From: a bacterium | GTDB taxonomy: Bacteria > UBA8248 | Reading direction: 5' to 3' | Length of the DNA: 64,000 bases | Assembly (NCBI GenBank): GCA_965261085.1 | Contig: OZ253442.1 | Coordinates: 3,872,001-3,936,000 of the forward strand | Part shown: piece after piece, positions 19,670 to 28,461 of the stretch | Layout of the letters: each line of letters opens with the position of its first letter | How positions within the stretch are numbered: position 1 is the stretch's first letter | Translations under genes and position numbers: made by a program | Notes under the pieces: generated by a model | Told to the model about the DNA's origin: nothing | Databases searched by the model: none | The model's input: only the letters and a program-made list of their open reading frames with translations

Positions 19670-20278
19670 GTGAATTCCAAACCATACGTGAAGGCCTTGG
19701 GGCTCCGGGTGCGCATCTACAGGCGACCAGCCGTCCTCGCCCTTGTGTGTTCCCTGGCGGTGGCGTGCGCACACCTCGATACGGGGGCGGTAAGGGTGGC
19801 CGTCCGGAAATACGGGCGTTGTGACGTCATGACTTTCATAGACAGGCAGACGGCCGAACCGAGCCATTCACTCGTATGCCGTGCCGTCCCTGGCGAATCC
19901 GGTGAATCGACGGGAGACGATCTGGCGCGCGTCTATTTGTACTGCTCCACCGGGGAGCCGATTTTCGTTCTGCTGGATTCCGGCAAGAAGGAATCCCCCG
20001 ATAAAAAAAGCGGGAAGAAAGACCGCGCCGGCCCGTTCATCGAAGTTCGCTATCGCTTCGCGAACCATCCTGTGGTGGAAGGAACCTGGTCTTTGACGGC
20101 GGAAAAGCTGGCGGCTGATTCGTCCGAGGCCACCCTGAATGACTTCGCTCGCGGCATGACGGTCCGCGAGCGCCTTGTTTTTGAAGTCGGAGACAAGTGG
20201 GCGAGCATCAGTTTCCGTGGAGACATGATGGGCGCGATAAACGATTTCGAAAACCGCTGCGCGACCCTGGGAAAATAA
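19670..20278 (+). CDS. Putative exported protein or lipoprotein
   Basis: RRPAVLALVCSLAVAC signal/lipobox-like segment; GGAG before GTG 19670 (ORF open from 19625). Confidence 0.5.
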   Translation: MNSKPYVKALGLRVRIYRRPAVLALVCSLAVACAHLDTGAVRVAVRKYGRCDVMTFIDRQTAEPSHSLVCRAVPGESGESTGDDLARVYLYCSTGEPIFVLLDSGKKESPDKKSGKKDRAGPFIEVRYRFANHPVVEGTWSLTAEKLAADSSEATLNDFARGMTVRERLVFEVGDKWASISFRGDMMGAINDFENRCATLGK

Positions 20279-20380
20279 AGCCCGCCTACTGACCTGTAAC
20301 ACCCCGACCTCAAACAAAAAACCCGCTTCAAGCGCATCATTTCACTTTTCCGGGAACTTCAAGGTCTAACAAAGCAAAAC

Positions 20381-20434
20381 CTCGCATCTGCCCGCATTTG
20401 CCGTATCCCGGTCTTTTTTCACCGCCGATACACT
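20381..20434 (+). promoter_or_regulatory. Putative activator-dependent promoter B
   Basis: CTCGCATCTGCCCGCATTTGC at 20381-20401 and TACACT at 20429-20434. Confidence 0.55.
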
Positions 20435-20528
20435 GCATCCCTCCCCGCAAAAGAAGCGGCGGAGAGCGAAGATGACGCGCCCCGTTGCGCATCTCATTCA
20501 GTATCTTACTAAAATGTGGGGGGATTCC

Positions 20529-22208
20529 ATGCCCGAGCATGTCCACAAGATATCAGTGACGAAAAAAATAGACCTAGACTCTGGAAACAGCCTCAAATCG
20601 TTCGAACGTTTCACCAAAGCGGCGGGACAGGCAAGAATCGCTACGGAAAAACTCAACACCGAAACCCGCGGGTCCCGGACTGCGCTTGAAAAATCGAGCC
20701 GCACCTTCGTTCTATCGTCGGAAAAGCTCCAGGGAGTCGGCGCTTCATCGAAAGACGCTGCCGACGGCATCAACATCCTGTGGAAAAATGCGGAACGAGC
20801 CGGCTCCCAACTCGGCTCCGGTCCGCTCGCCAGAGGCCTGGACGACATCAAAAGGAAAGCGACGGCCCTGCCCGCCTCTTTTGAGATCGCCGGAAGAGCG
20901 GTGAGAGACTTCGCCACGGCAAGCGAGCAAACGCTCACCCGATTTTTCTCGGGCGTGCTCACCGGCAAAATCTCCAGCGCCAAGGATCTGTTCAGCGACC
21001 TGAAAAACCACGCCATCAAAATGGTGCAGGCCGCCGCCGCCGAGATGGCGAGTACGCAATTCATCAAACCGGCGGTGGGTGCGCTCCAGGATTTGGGCCT
21101 GGGCTTGCTGGGTGATTTAAGCAAGGGTCTGTTCAAGGTTTTCGGCTTCGCCAAAGGCGGTCTGGTCAAAAAACCCACCCTGGGCCTGATCGGCGAGGCG
21201 GGACCGGAACTTGTGGTGCCGCTGACGAAAATCGGCGGCGAAGCGGGACTCATGCAGCTTTTCAAATCCATCTCCGAGATCGAGGCGGCGAATCGCCTGG
21301 GCGGCACGGAAATCGCCACGAGTCTCGGAGCAAAAACGAGTGGTGAGTTGGCCGCGCGGATAGCGGCCGCTAAAGCGGCGGCGACCCTGCAAATCGCTTT
21401 TTCCGCGCTGGACTTTCTGAGCGGCCCGAAAACCTTGAAAAGGGGAGCCAGTCTGGGCATCAACGTGGCAGGCGCCCTCCCCGCGCTCTCGGGCGCCACG
21501 GGGCTCGCCGCCTTCGGGCCTGCGGCGGGCGCTTTTTTGATCACCGATGTCTTGTTCAACAAAGGAGGGGCCATCAAGCAGGCGCTCTCTTTCCTGGGCT
21601 TCAAGGGCTTCACCGACAGGTCCACCCCCTTCACCCGGGGGATAGCGAATCTCGCGCAGGCGGCCGGGTTGTATCTCGCGCTCGATAAATACCGCAAAAC
21701 CGGCGTGGCGGATGAAGCGCGGCTCCTCTCGCTTCCCGAGGCGGTCTACCAGGGCCGGATGGGCGTGGATGGCCCCTTACTGGAAAAAGCGGGCCTGGCG
21801 TTTCAAGTCATTCAACGAGCAGCCGGGGAAGCCGGCATCTCGCCACAGGAGGGGGTGAAGCGGTATTTCGGCAAGGGTTTCTACAACACCTATTTGGGGT
21901 CTCTACCCATAGAAGAAGGCGACGCGGCGGGGCGTTTCGTCAAGCGCTCCGCACTCCGGCTCGTGGGCGAAGCGGGGCCCGAGCACATCATGAACGTGAA
22001 CCACCCACAATCTATCGATTTCTTTCAGCGCGGTGTGCGGCCCATCATCCGCGACGCGATACGGGAAGAACTCGGCGGAAGCGGGGGCGACACGCACGTC
22101 TACCATATTCATATCGAAGGGAACCTGAGCGACAATCGCACGCTCGAGAAGCTCTCGCGCAAACTAGAGGACATCAACAAGCGCCGCCGCCGCTACGGGC
22201 AGGTCTAG
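20529..22208 (+). CDS. Tail tape-measure-like protein (~559 aa)
   Basis: Ala/Gly/Leu-rich helical protein; FAKGGLVKKPTLGLIGEAGPELVVPL and a second LVGEAGPEHI motif, typical of tape-measure C-termini. ORF open from 20472. Confidence 0.75.
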   Translation: MPEHVHKISVTKKIDLDSGNSLKSFERFTKAAGQARIATEKLNTETRGSRTALEKSSRTFVLSSEKLQGVGASSKDAADGINILWKNAERAGSQLGSGPLARGLDDIKRKATALPASFEIAGRAVRDFATASEQTLTRFFSGVLTGKISSAKDLFSDLKNHAIKMVQAAAAEMASTQFIKPAVGALQDLGLGLLGDLSKGLFKVFGFAKGGLVKKPTLGLIGEAGPELVVPLTKIGGEAGLMQLFKSISEIEAANRLGGTEIATSLGAKTSGELAARIAAAKAAATLQIAFSALDFLSGPKTLKRGASLGINVAGALPALSGATGLAAFGPAAGAFLITDVLFNKGGAIKQALSFLGFKGFTDRSTPFTRGIANLAQAAGLYLALDKYRKTGVADEARLLSLPEAVYQGRMGVDGPLLEKAGLAFQVIQRAAGEAGISPQEGVKRYFGKGFYNTYLGSLPIEEGDAAGRFVKRSALRLVGEAGPEHIMNVNHPQSIDFFQRGVRPIIRDAIREELGGSGGDTHVYHIHIEGNLSDNRTLEKLSRKLEDINKRRRRYGQV

Positions 22209-22301
22209 GCGAAAGGGCAGCCGGATGATGGACGTCTTCATCAAGGAGAGGGTCAAGAGACGCATCGTGCGAGATGGCTCAATAATCTCGCCGGTTTTAC
22301 G

Positions 22302-22366
22302 CACGCACTTGCCCGCATTTCCGCGTATTTCAACCCCGCAACTCCCCGCAAATCCCCGCATTTCCC
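22302..22366 (+). repeat. Array of about six degenerate 10-bp direct repeats (consensus CCCGCATTTC) followed by an AT-rich tract
   Basis: cacgcacttg cccgcatttc cgcgtatttc aac cccgcaactc cccgcaaatc cccgcatttc. Confidence 0.8.
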
Positions 22367-22432
22367 CTCGGAAATTTTCACTTTTTTATCGAAAAACCCC
22401 GTGAATTTATCGATATTTTCAGGTTTTCAACG

Positions 22433-23695
22433 TCACGTGAGCTGGTCCAGCCCCAGCACCGCGCGGCGCACGAGTTCCATGGCGTAGATAGGCGCGCGCG
22501 ACTGCACGAACTGCTCGTTGCCCCCGAAGCTCGATGAGAAGGTGAACATGTCCCCCCCTGTGTCCAGCGCCATGTGCGTGTCACCCAGCGCCGGCGCGCG
22601 GCGGGAGTTTTCCGGCTCGATGTTCTCGGGCGGATTGGGGCCGAAGACGGCGAGTCCCATGTCGGCGCCCGATTCTTCACGCACCCTCCGGGCGAGCGTC
22701 CTGGTGAAATCTTGAGGCCCTTCGTTCTCATTCACACCGAACATGCGCGCCAACTCCTCTGAGTGTAAGCCGACGACGCCGCGCTTTAAGAATTGCACGC
22801 GCTCGGGCCAGGCGTTCAGCCTCTGAATCAAGGCTCCTCCGGTGTTCGACTCGACGATCGCGATGGTCTTGCCGCTCTGGGCCAGCACGCGCCCCAGCGT
22901 CTGCTCGAGCGTCGCGTTTCCCGTGGCGTAAACGGCCGAGCCCAGAATCTCGCGCACCTTGACCTCGAGACCCGAAATCATGTTTTCCGCCTCTTCGATA
23001 TTCTGCGCGCGCGCGGTGATGCGCACGTCCACCTGCCCGGGATGGGCGAGCACGCCGATGCTCGGGTTGATAGATTCACGAAACAGGTCCGATATCATCT
23101 CATCGACGCGCGATTCGCCGAGGCCGCAGGTTTTGAGAACCTTCGTCCGGATGACCTCGCCCAGGTCGTATTTCTCCTGCAGGATGGGCACCGCGCATTG
23201 GGTGATGATGTAGCGCATCTCGTGCGGCACGCCCGGGCTCACGATGATGACCCCTTTTTCGTCCTCGCACATGAAGCAAGGCGCCGTTCCGCGCGGGTTT
23301 TCGATGGGCGTGGACCCGGCGGGAATGTAGGCCTGCTTTTTGTTGTTATCGCTCATGTGAAAGCCGCGGCGGCTGAAATAGGCGCTGATGTAGTCATACA
23401 AATCCTGGCGAAACTCGAGCTCTACGCCCATCACCTTCGCGCAGGCCTCCCGCGTCAAGTCATCCACAGTGGGGCCGAGCCCGCCCGTGGTGATGACCAC
23501 CTGGGAGCGCTCGTGAGCCTGTTTGATGACGCCCGCGATCCTGTCCAGATTGTCGCCGACGGTGGTCTTGAAATACATGTTGACGCCGACCGATTTAAGC
23601 TGGTCTGCGATGAAGGCGCTGTTGGTGTCGATAAGGTCGCCAAGAAGCATCTCGGTGCCGATGGCGACGATTTCACCGCGAATAGGCTCTGCCAT
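22433..23695 (-). CDS. cinA: CinA family protein (MoCF-biosynthesis-like domain plus degenerate PncC domain)
   Basis: GTEMLLGDLIDTN, GGLGPTVDDLTRE, PGVPHEM, ESNTGG motifs. Confidence 0.88.
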   Translation of the reverse strand: MAEPIRGEIVAIGTEMLLGDLIDTNSAFIADQLKSVGVNMYFKTTVGDNLDRIAGVIKQAHERSQVVITTGGLGPTVDDLTREACAKVMGVELEFRQDLYDYISAYFSRRGFHMSDNNKKQAYIPAGSTPIENPRGTAPCFMCEDEKGVIIVSPGVPHEMRYIITQCAVPILQEKYDLGEVIRTKVLKTCGLGESRVDEMISDLFRESINPSIGVLAHPGQVDVRITARAQNIEEAENMISGLEVKVREILGSAVYATGNATLEQTLGRVLAQSGKTIAIVESNTGGALIQRLNAWPERVQFLKRGVVGLHSEELARMFGVNENEGPQDFTRTLARRVREESGADMGLAVFGPNPPENIEPENSRRAPALGDTHMALDTGGDMFTFSSSFGGNEQFVQSRAPIYAMELVRRAVLGLDQLT

Positions 23696-23790
23696 GAATG
23701 ATTCCTTTATGTCGAAAATCAGAAAATGATGGCCCCCGTGGGGAGTTGCATATTAGGCAAGCGCTCCCCCGCCGACAAGGGCGGGAGAAC

Positions 23791-24522
23791 TCAAGGCGAC
23801 CCCACAAGCCCCGAGAGAGCGAGCCAGCGCTCGAACCAGCGCGCAGCGCGTCTGTTCAAAGTCTTCAGGCGCCCCGGCGCATCGCTCAATATCGCCTGGG
23901 GGTCCGCGTCCGAGCGCGGGGAATTCATATCTCCCTCAAACGCGTCCAGCCACGTGGATATGTCCTCCACCCCGATTTCCAGGTGAAACTGGAAGGCGTA
24001 GGCGCGCTCCCCCCACCGGAACGCCTGGTGCGGGTATCGCGCGGAAGACGCCAGATGAACGGCGCCCTTAGGCATGTCGAACGTATCGCCGTGCCACTGA
24101 AACACGGGGAAGGACGGCTCCTCATCCCCCAGGAGCGGGTCTCCTTGCGCCTGGGGAGTCAAATCCACCGGGAACCAGCCAATCTCTTTTTTCCCCTCTC
24201 CCGGGTACACGCGAGCGCCCAACGCCGCCGCCATGAGCTGCGCGCCCAGGCAAAGGCCGTAAACGGGAAACCCCGAGCGAAGCGCTTCTCCGATAAAACG
24301 GATTTCATCGGCCAGCCAGGGGTATTTCTCCTCCTCATAAACGCCCATCGGCCCGCCCAGGACGACAATCGCCTTGGCGTCCTCCAGATCATTCAAAGAA
24401 TGCGGGAGGCGCTCCCCCTTGTGGAGGGCCACGTAGCGCGAGGCTATGTTGCGCTGCGCGAGTATTTCTTCGAGCAGCGAGAGCCTTTCCACATCCACAT
24501 GCTGAAGTGCTAGAACCGACAA
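23791..24522 (-). CDS. Class I glutamine amidotransferase-like protein
   Basis: LGGPMGVYE, GLCLGAQL, FQWHGDTF, FQFHLE catalytic triad motifs. Confidence 0.9.
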   Translation of the reverse strand: MSVLALQHVDVERLSLLEEILAQRNIASRYVALHKGERLPHSLNDLEDAKAIVVLGGPMGVYEEEKYPWLADEIRFIGEALRSGFPVYGLCLGAQLMAAALGARVYPGEGKKEIGWFPVDLTPQAQGDPLLGDEEPSFPVFQWHGDTFDMPKGAVHLASSARYPHQAFRWGERAYAFQFHLEIGVEDISTWLDAFEGDMNSPRSDADPQAILSDAPGRLKTLNRRAARWFERWLALSGLVGSP

Positions 24523-24553
24523 CCGAATACCCTCATACAAACCGGACCTAGAG

Positions 24554-24743
24554 GGGGCTATTGAAAAAGCCCTCCTCGAAGTAGCAACCCCCCTGTCCCC
24601 CCTTGTCAGGGGGGCTTTTCTTCCACCTCCTCGTCGGGGGCATCGCTTTTACCCCCCTGACAAGGGGGGACAGGGGGGTTGCTTTTCCAGTCGAGAGGGG
24701 TGTCCCCTCTACCCCCTGAAATCGGGACACATTCAACAGCCCC
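24554..24743 (-). mobile_element. MITE copy 1 (190 bp, IS1182-type ends)
   Basis: Ends GGGGCTATTGAA / TTCAACAGCCCC; 5-bp duplication TAGAG on both sides; internal ~31-bp inverted repeat. Confidence 0.85.
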
Positions 24744-25504
24744 TAGAGGCCCAGTATCGAAAGCGTGCTCTCTATATCCCGGATTTCAAAATCGGGCGGT
24801 TCGCTGCCCTCAGGCTTTAGCGCTCCCTTTCTGTTGAGCCAGGCGCACGGCATCCCCACGCCTTGCGGCCCCTCTACGTCGGCCTCGAAAGTATCGCCCA
24901 CGAAGAGCATTTCACCCGGCGCCACGCCCAGTTTTTCGGCCACCTTGAGAAACAAGGAAGCCGCCGGTTTCCTGAAACCCTCATCCTCTGAAATATGCAC
25001 GGTATCGAGATAAGGCGTAATGCCCCTTTGATCGATAATCCGCTGCGCGGTGGGCGCATGGTCGAAATTGCTTAAGAGCGCTATCGGCAGGCCGGCGTCT
25101 TTTATCTTCCCCAGCACGTCGAGCCGGCCCGGATCGAACACGACGGAGCTCTCGATGCCGTACATGTGGGCGTTTAAGGCCGTCAGGGCGGCCCTTTCCC
25201 TATCTTGCGAGGGAATCGCCACCAAAAGCGCCATGAGGCGCCTGAAACGATGTATGGAGCGAATTTCCTTCAACTCGGGGTCGTTGTTGCGCTCGGCCCA
25301 CACCTCTTTGGAGCTCTGCAGCCAGAGCTGGTGGAAGGCCGGATAATTCGGCACCAGGAAACCACCGTCATAAAGCGCGTCATAAGCCGCTTTCGAGGTG
25401 GTCTTCTCCTCTTTGCCGTCGATTTCCACCACGGGAAAAAGAGAGATGTCGAAATCAACGAGCGTGTCGAAAAGATCGAACGCAACCGCGCGGTATGAAG
25501 CCAA
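24743..25504 (-). CDS. HAD-superfamily hydrolase
   Basis: FDLFDTL, LSN, RKP, VGDTFEADV motifs; GAGGAG before TTG 25504. Confidence 0.9.
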   Translation of the reverse strand: MASYRAVAFDLFDTLVDFDISLFPVVEIDGKEEKTTSKAAYDALYDGGFLVPNYPAFHQLWLQSSKEVWAERNNDPELKEIRSIHRFRRLMALLVAIPSQDRERAALTALNAHMYGIESSVVFDPGRLDVLGKIKDAGLPIALLSNFDHAPTAQRIIDQRGITPYLDTVHISEDEGFRKPAASLFLKVAEKLGVAPGEMLFVGDTFEADVEGPQGVGMPCAWLNRKGALKPEGSEPPDFEIRDIESTLSILGL

Positions 25505-25539
25505 GGGAACTCCTCGTGAAATTCTAGCCGGGTTTAGAG

Positions 25540-26052
25540 TCAGTCGTAGGAGCCGCCCATATCCATCTTCCGGTAAGCGCTGCCGTAGAAAAGAAGCGGG
25601 GCGCGCACCTCCTCCTCGAGCAAGACGCGGGTCACACTCCCCACGACGATGGTGTGGTCTCCACCCGGAAGTTCCTCGTGCAGGTCGCACTCCAAAACAC
25701 CCACATGCCCCGTGATCAGCGGCGAGCCGTTTTCTCCGATTTCATGCGGGATGTCCGCGAACTGATCTTCCGCGTCCTTGCCCTTGCCCGCAAACCAGTC
25801 GGAAGCGCTCTTCTGCTCCTCGGACAGGAAATTGATGGCGAATTTTTTCGCTTCTTGAACCATCTTCAAGCTCGACGCCTTGTTGTCGTAACACACCAGG
25901 ACGAGCGGCGGATTGAGCGAGAGGGAGGAAAACGCGTTCGCCGTCATGCCCCGGGCTTCGGTTTGCGTTTTCGCGGTGACGACCGTGACGCCGGTGGCGA
26001 ATCTGCCGAGGGCGGTTCTGAACTCTTTCGGATCGATGCTCATGTGTGCCAT
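25540..26052 (-). CDS. Flavin reductase family protein
   Basis: FRTALGRFATGVTVVT, SLSLNPPLVL, GGDHTIVVG motifs. Confidence 0.92.
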   Translation of the reverse strand: MAHMSIDPKEFRTALGRFATGVTVVTAKTQTEARGMTANAFSSLSLNPPLVLVCYDNKASSLKMVQEAKKFAINFLSEEQKSASDWFAGKGKDAEDQFADIPHEIGENGSPLITGHVGVLECDLHEELPGGDHTIVVGSVTRVLLEEEVRAPLLFYGSAYRKMDMGGSYD

Positions 26053-26074
26053 CCCCTAAAGTGAACGCTTTGGA

Positions 26075-26677
26075 CTAGTCCGAATATCTCTCTTGCCTGA
26101 ACGGGTCCGCGTCGTTGTGGTATCCGCGCGTCTCCCAGAAACCGGGCTGGTCGACGGCGGAAAACTCCACCCCACACACCCATTTCGCGCTTTTCCAGAA
26201 ATAACGCCTCGGCACGACCAGCCTGAGCGGCCAGCCGTGCTCGGGCGTCAAATTCTCCCCGTCGTGCTTCCAGGCCCACAGCACGTCATCGTCCATACAT
26301 GCCGCAAGAGGCAGATTCGTCGTGTAGCCGCACTCACAATGGACGATGACGAACCCGGCGTTTTTCTTGAGCCTCACCCGCTTCATCAGTTCCTGAAAGG
26401 ATACCCCGTGAAACCGATTGTCCATCCGGCTCCAGTGGGTGACGCAGTGAATGTCGCAGGAGACGTCGACGGCGGGCATCGAGGTGAACTCTTGGTAGTT
26501 GAATTCGAGCTCTTCTTCCACCTCGCCGAACACGCGGAATTTCCACGATTCGAGGTCGACTGGCGGCGCCTCGTCGAAATGGAGCACCGGCCATTTTTCC
26601 GTCGCGGTCTGCCCCGGCGGAATACGCTCGCCGTATTTTTCCTTAAGCTCCGTTTTCCTGGGAAAAAGCGCCGCCAT
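26075..26677 (-). CDS. Sulfite-oxidase-like molybdopterin-dependent oxidoreductase (YuiH-like)
   Basis: RIPPGQ, DIHCVTHWS, HGWPLRLVVP, WKSAKW, GFWETRGYH motifs. Confidence 0.9.
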   Translation of the reverse strand: MAALFPRKTELKEKYGERIPPGQTATEKWPVLHFDEAPPVDLESWKFRVFGEVEEELEFNYQEFTSMPAVDVSCDIHCVTHWSRMDNRFHGVSFQELMKRVRLKKNAGFVIVHCECGYTTNLPLAACMDDDVLWAWKHDGENLTPEHGWPLRLVVPRRYFWKSAKWVCGVEFSAVDQPGFWETRGYHNDADPFRQERYSD

Positions 26678-26691
26678 TCTCAATCTCAAGT

Positions 26692-27726
26692 CTATCCGGT
26701 GGGCGCCAGGAGCACCTTCAACCCGGCCCCGCGCCGCATGATGTCGAAGCCTCTCTCCCACTCATCGAGCGAGAGCATATCAGATACCATCGCTTCGGTG
26801 TCGATTCTGCCCGCCTCCAGCAACTCGAGCGCCAGCAGCCAGGCGGAGCGTTTCTGGCCGAACGTGCCGACCAGGCGAATCTCCTTGAACGCCAATCGAT
26901 CCATATTCACGGGAATCGGCGCTCCGGGCAGACCCACCTGGAGAATTTCTCCTCCTTTTTTCACCGATTCGACGCAAATCTCGAGCGCGCCGGGAGCGCC
27001 CGCCGCCTCGACCGCCAAATCGACCCCCCAGCCGTTCGTGACCGTGAGAGCGCATTCGAGGACGTTTTCGGTCTCCACGTCCACCGTCCATTCCGCGCCG
27101 AACGAGCGGGCGAGAACGAGCCTGTGCGCATCCTTCCCGGCCCCCGCCACCATCACCCGCGCGCCGTGGGCGACCGCCACCTGGGCGCACCCCAGGCCGA
27201 TGGCGCCCGGCCCCATGATGAGGACGAAATCTCCCTCGCGCACGCTGCATTGCTCACACATCCCGTGCACGCACACCGCCAGGGGTTCGGAGAGCGCGGC
27301 CGCCTTCAAGCTCACGTTATCCGGCAGGCGATGAATCGACTCCGCCCGGGTGACCACATAGTCGGTGAAGGCGCCGTTGCTCACCACGCCCGCGATGTCG
27401 CGCTCATCGCACCGATTGTAGCGGCCCGAGATGCAGTGCGGACATACGCGGCAGGTCGATTTCGTGGGTTCGGCCGTCACCCTTGCCCCGAGAGGAATTC
27501 CCTCGACGCCTGAGCCTGTTTCCACCACTTCGCCCGAGAACTCATGTCCCAGCACCAAGGGGGGGAAATAGTGAAAAAACTCGCCCGAGGCGATGTGCAC
27601 GTCCGTGCCGCAGATGCCGGCATGGGCGATTTTAACCTTCACCTGCCCGGGACCCACGCGAGGCTCCTCCACGTCGAGAAGCGCCATGTTTCCAGGCCCT
27701 TTCGCTTGTTTCACCAAGGCTTTCAT
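26692..27726 (-). CDS. Zinc-dependent medium-chain alcohol dehydrogenase (Tdh/sorbitol-DH-like)
   Basis: GICGTDVH, GHEFSG, four-Cys Zn site, GPGAIG. Confidence 0.9.
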   Translation of the reverse strand: MKALVKQAKGPGNMALLDVEEPRVGPGQVKVKIAHAGICGTDVHIASGEFFHYFPPLVLGHEFSGEVVETGSGVEGIPLGARVTAEPTKSTCRVCPHCISGRYNRCDERDIAGVVSNGAFTDYVVTRAESIHRLPDNVSLKAAALSEPLAVCVHGMCEQCSVREGDFVLIMGPGAIGLGCAQVAVAHGARVMVAGAGKDAHRLVLARSFGAEWTVDVETENVLECALTVTNGWGVDLAVEAAGAPGALEICVESVKKGGEILQVGLPGAPIPVNMDRLAFKEIRLVGTFGQKRSAWLLALELLEAGRIDTEAMVSDMLSLDEWERGFDIMRRGAGLKVLLAPTG

Positions 27727-27747
27727 ATTCGCCTCGCGCGAGAGGAA

Positions 27748-28461
27748 TCAGGCGTTCAGCACGGCGATCGCCCGAATCGGCGAACCCGACCCGCCCCGAA
27801 TCTTGAGCGGAAGCCCGATGTAGAGAAACTCCTTACCCACTACGTCTTCGATGTTGCACAGGTTTTCCGTGTTGGTGCGGCCCAGGTCTCGGCAAACGAG
27901 GTGGCAGGGGTATCCCGGGCTGGTGGCCATGTCCATGCTGGGGGCGTCGGTGCCCACGTTGATGGCCCCGCACTCGCCGTACACGTACTCGGCCGCATCG
28001 CGCGTCCAGCCTGCGTAGGCCGTCGTGTAGAGGGGAGACGGGTGGTGGCGCTTGAAGTGCCCGTATGTGTAGAGGAGGGTATCGCCCGGCCTGATCTCGT
28101 AGCCATAGTGATCGATCCTGCGCTTCACGTCGTCCGCGTTGATGTAGCTGTTGTCCTCGACGTTTTCGAAATCAATCGCAATGCCCCGGCTGTAGAAAGA
28201 ATCGAAATTCATCTCGTCGATGTGCGGCGCGTCGGGCGAGGGGTCGAGATGGCTGATGGAATCCACGTGCGTGGGGCCGTGTTCGCAGAACTGGATGATG
28301 CCCGAATAATAGCTCATCTCGCTCTGGAAGCGTCCGCTGGCGGCGCTTTCCTCGTGCGTCATATTCGTCCAGCGCCAGGTCTCGGGGTGTCCCACGAACA
28401 CCGGCTGTCCCTGATAGATGTCTTGTGAGAGATCAACGATTTCGTGATTCTTATACGCCAT
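27748..28461 (-). CDS. Cyclase family metal-dependent hydrolase (kynurenine formamidase-like)
   Basis: EHGPTHVDSISH, GTDAPSMD, ENL, PLKIRGGSGSPIRAIA motifs. Confidence 0.9.
   Translation of the reverse strand: MAYKNHEIVDLSQDIYQGQPVFVGHPETWRWTNMTHEESAASGRFQSEMSYYSGIIQFCEHGPTHVDSISHLDPSPDAPHIDEMNFDSFYSRGIAIDFENVEDNSYINADDVKRRIDHYGYEIRPGDTLLYTYGHFKRHHPSPLYTTAYAGWTRDAAEYVYGECGAINVGTDAPSMDMATSPGYPCHLVCRDLGRTNTENLCNIEDVVGKEFLYIGLPLKIRGGSGSPIRAIAVLNA

Larger units (their letters stand above)
14472..22370 (+). mobile_element. Phage-derived tail-only gene cluster (domesticated GTA/tailocin-like locus or prophage remnant)
   Basis: Eight co-oriented, mostly abutting ORFs between host genes, including a tape-measure-like protein; no head, packaging or integrase genes. 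Confidence 0.7.

Noticed and set aside
20498-21697. Long antisense ORFs (20498-21697, 26093-27334, 29387-30808, 35999-37258, 38522-39691)
   Set aside because: Shadow frames opposite well-supported genes in GC-rich DNA, with no motifs of their own
14622-22208. Complete prophage, or contractile system (T6SS, eCIS, R-type tailocin)
   Set aside because: No integrase, head or packaging genes, and no recognisable sheath, tube, baseplate J, VgrG or PAAR genes
22302-22366. Short direct-repeat array as a CRISPR
   Set aside because: Units are 10 bp with no unique spacers, and no cas genes are present
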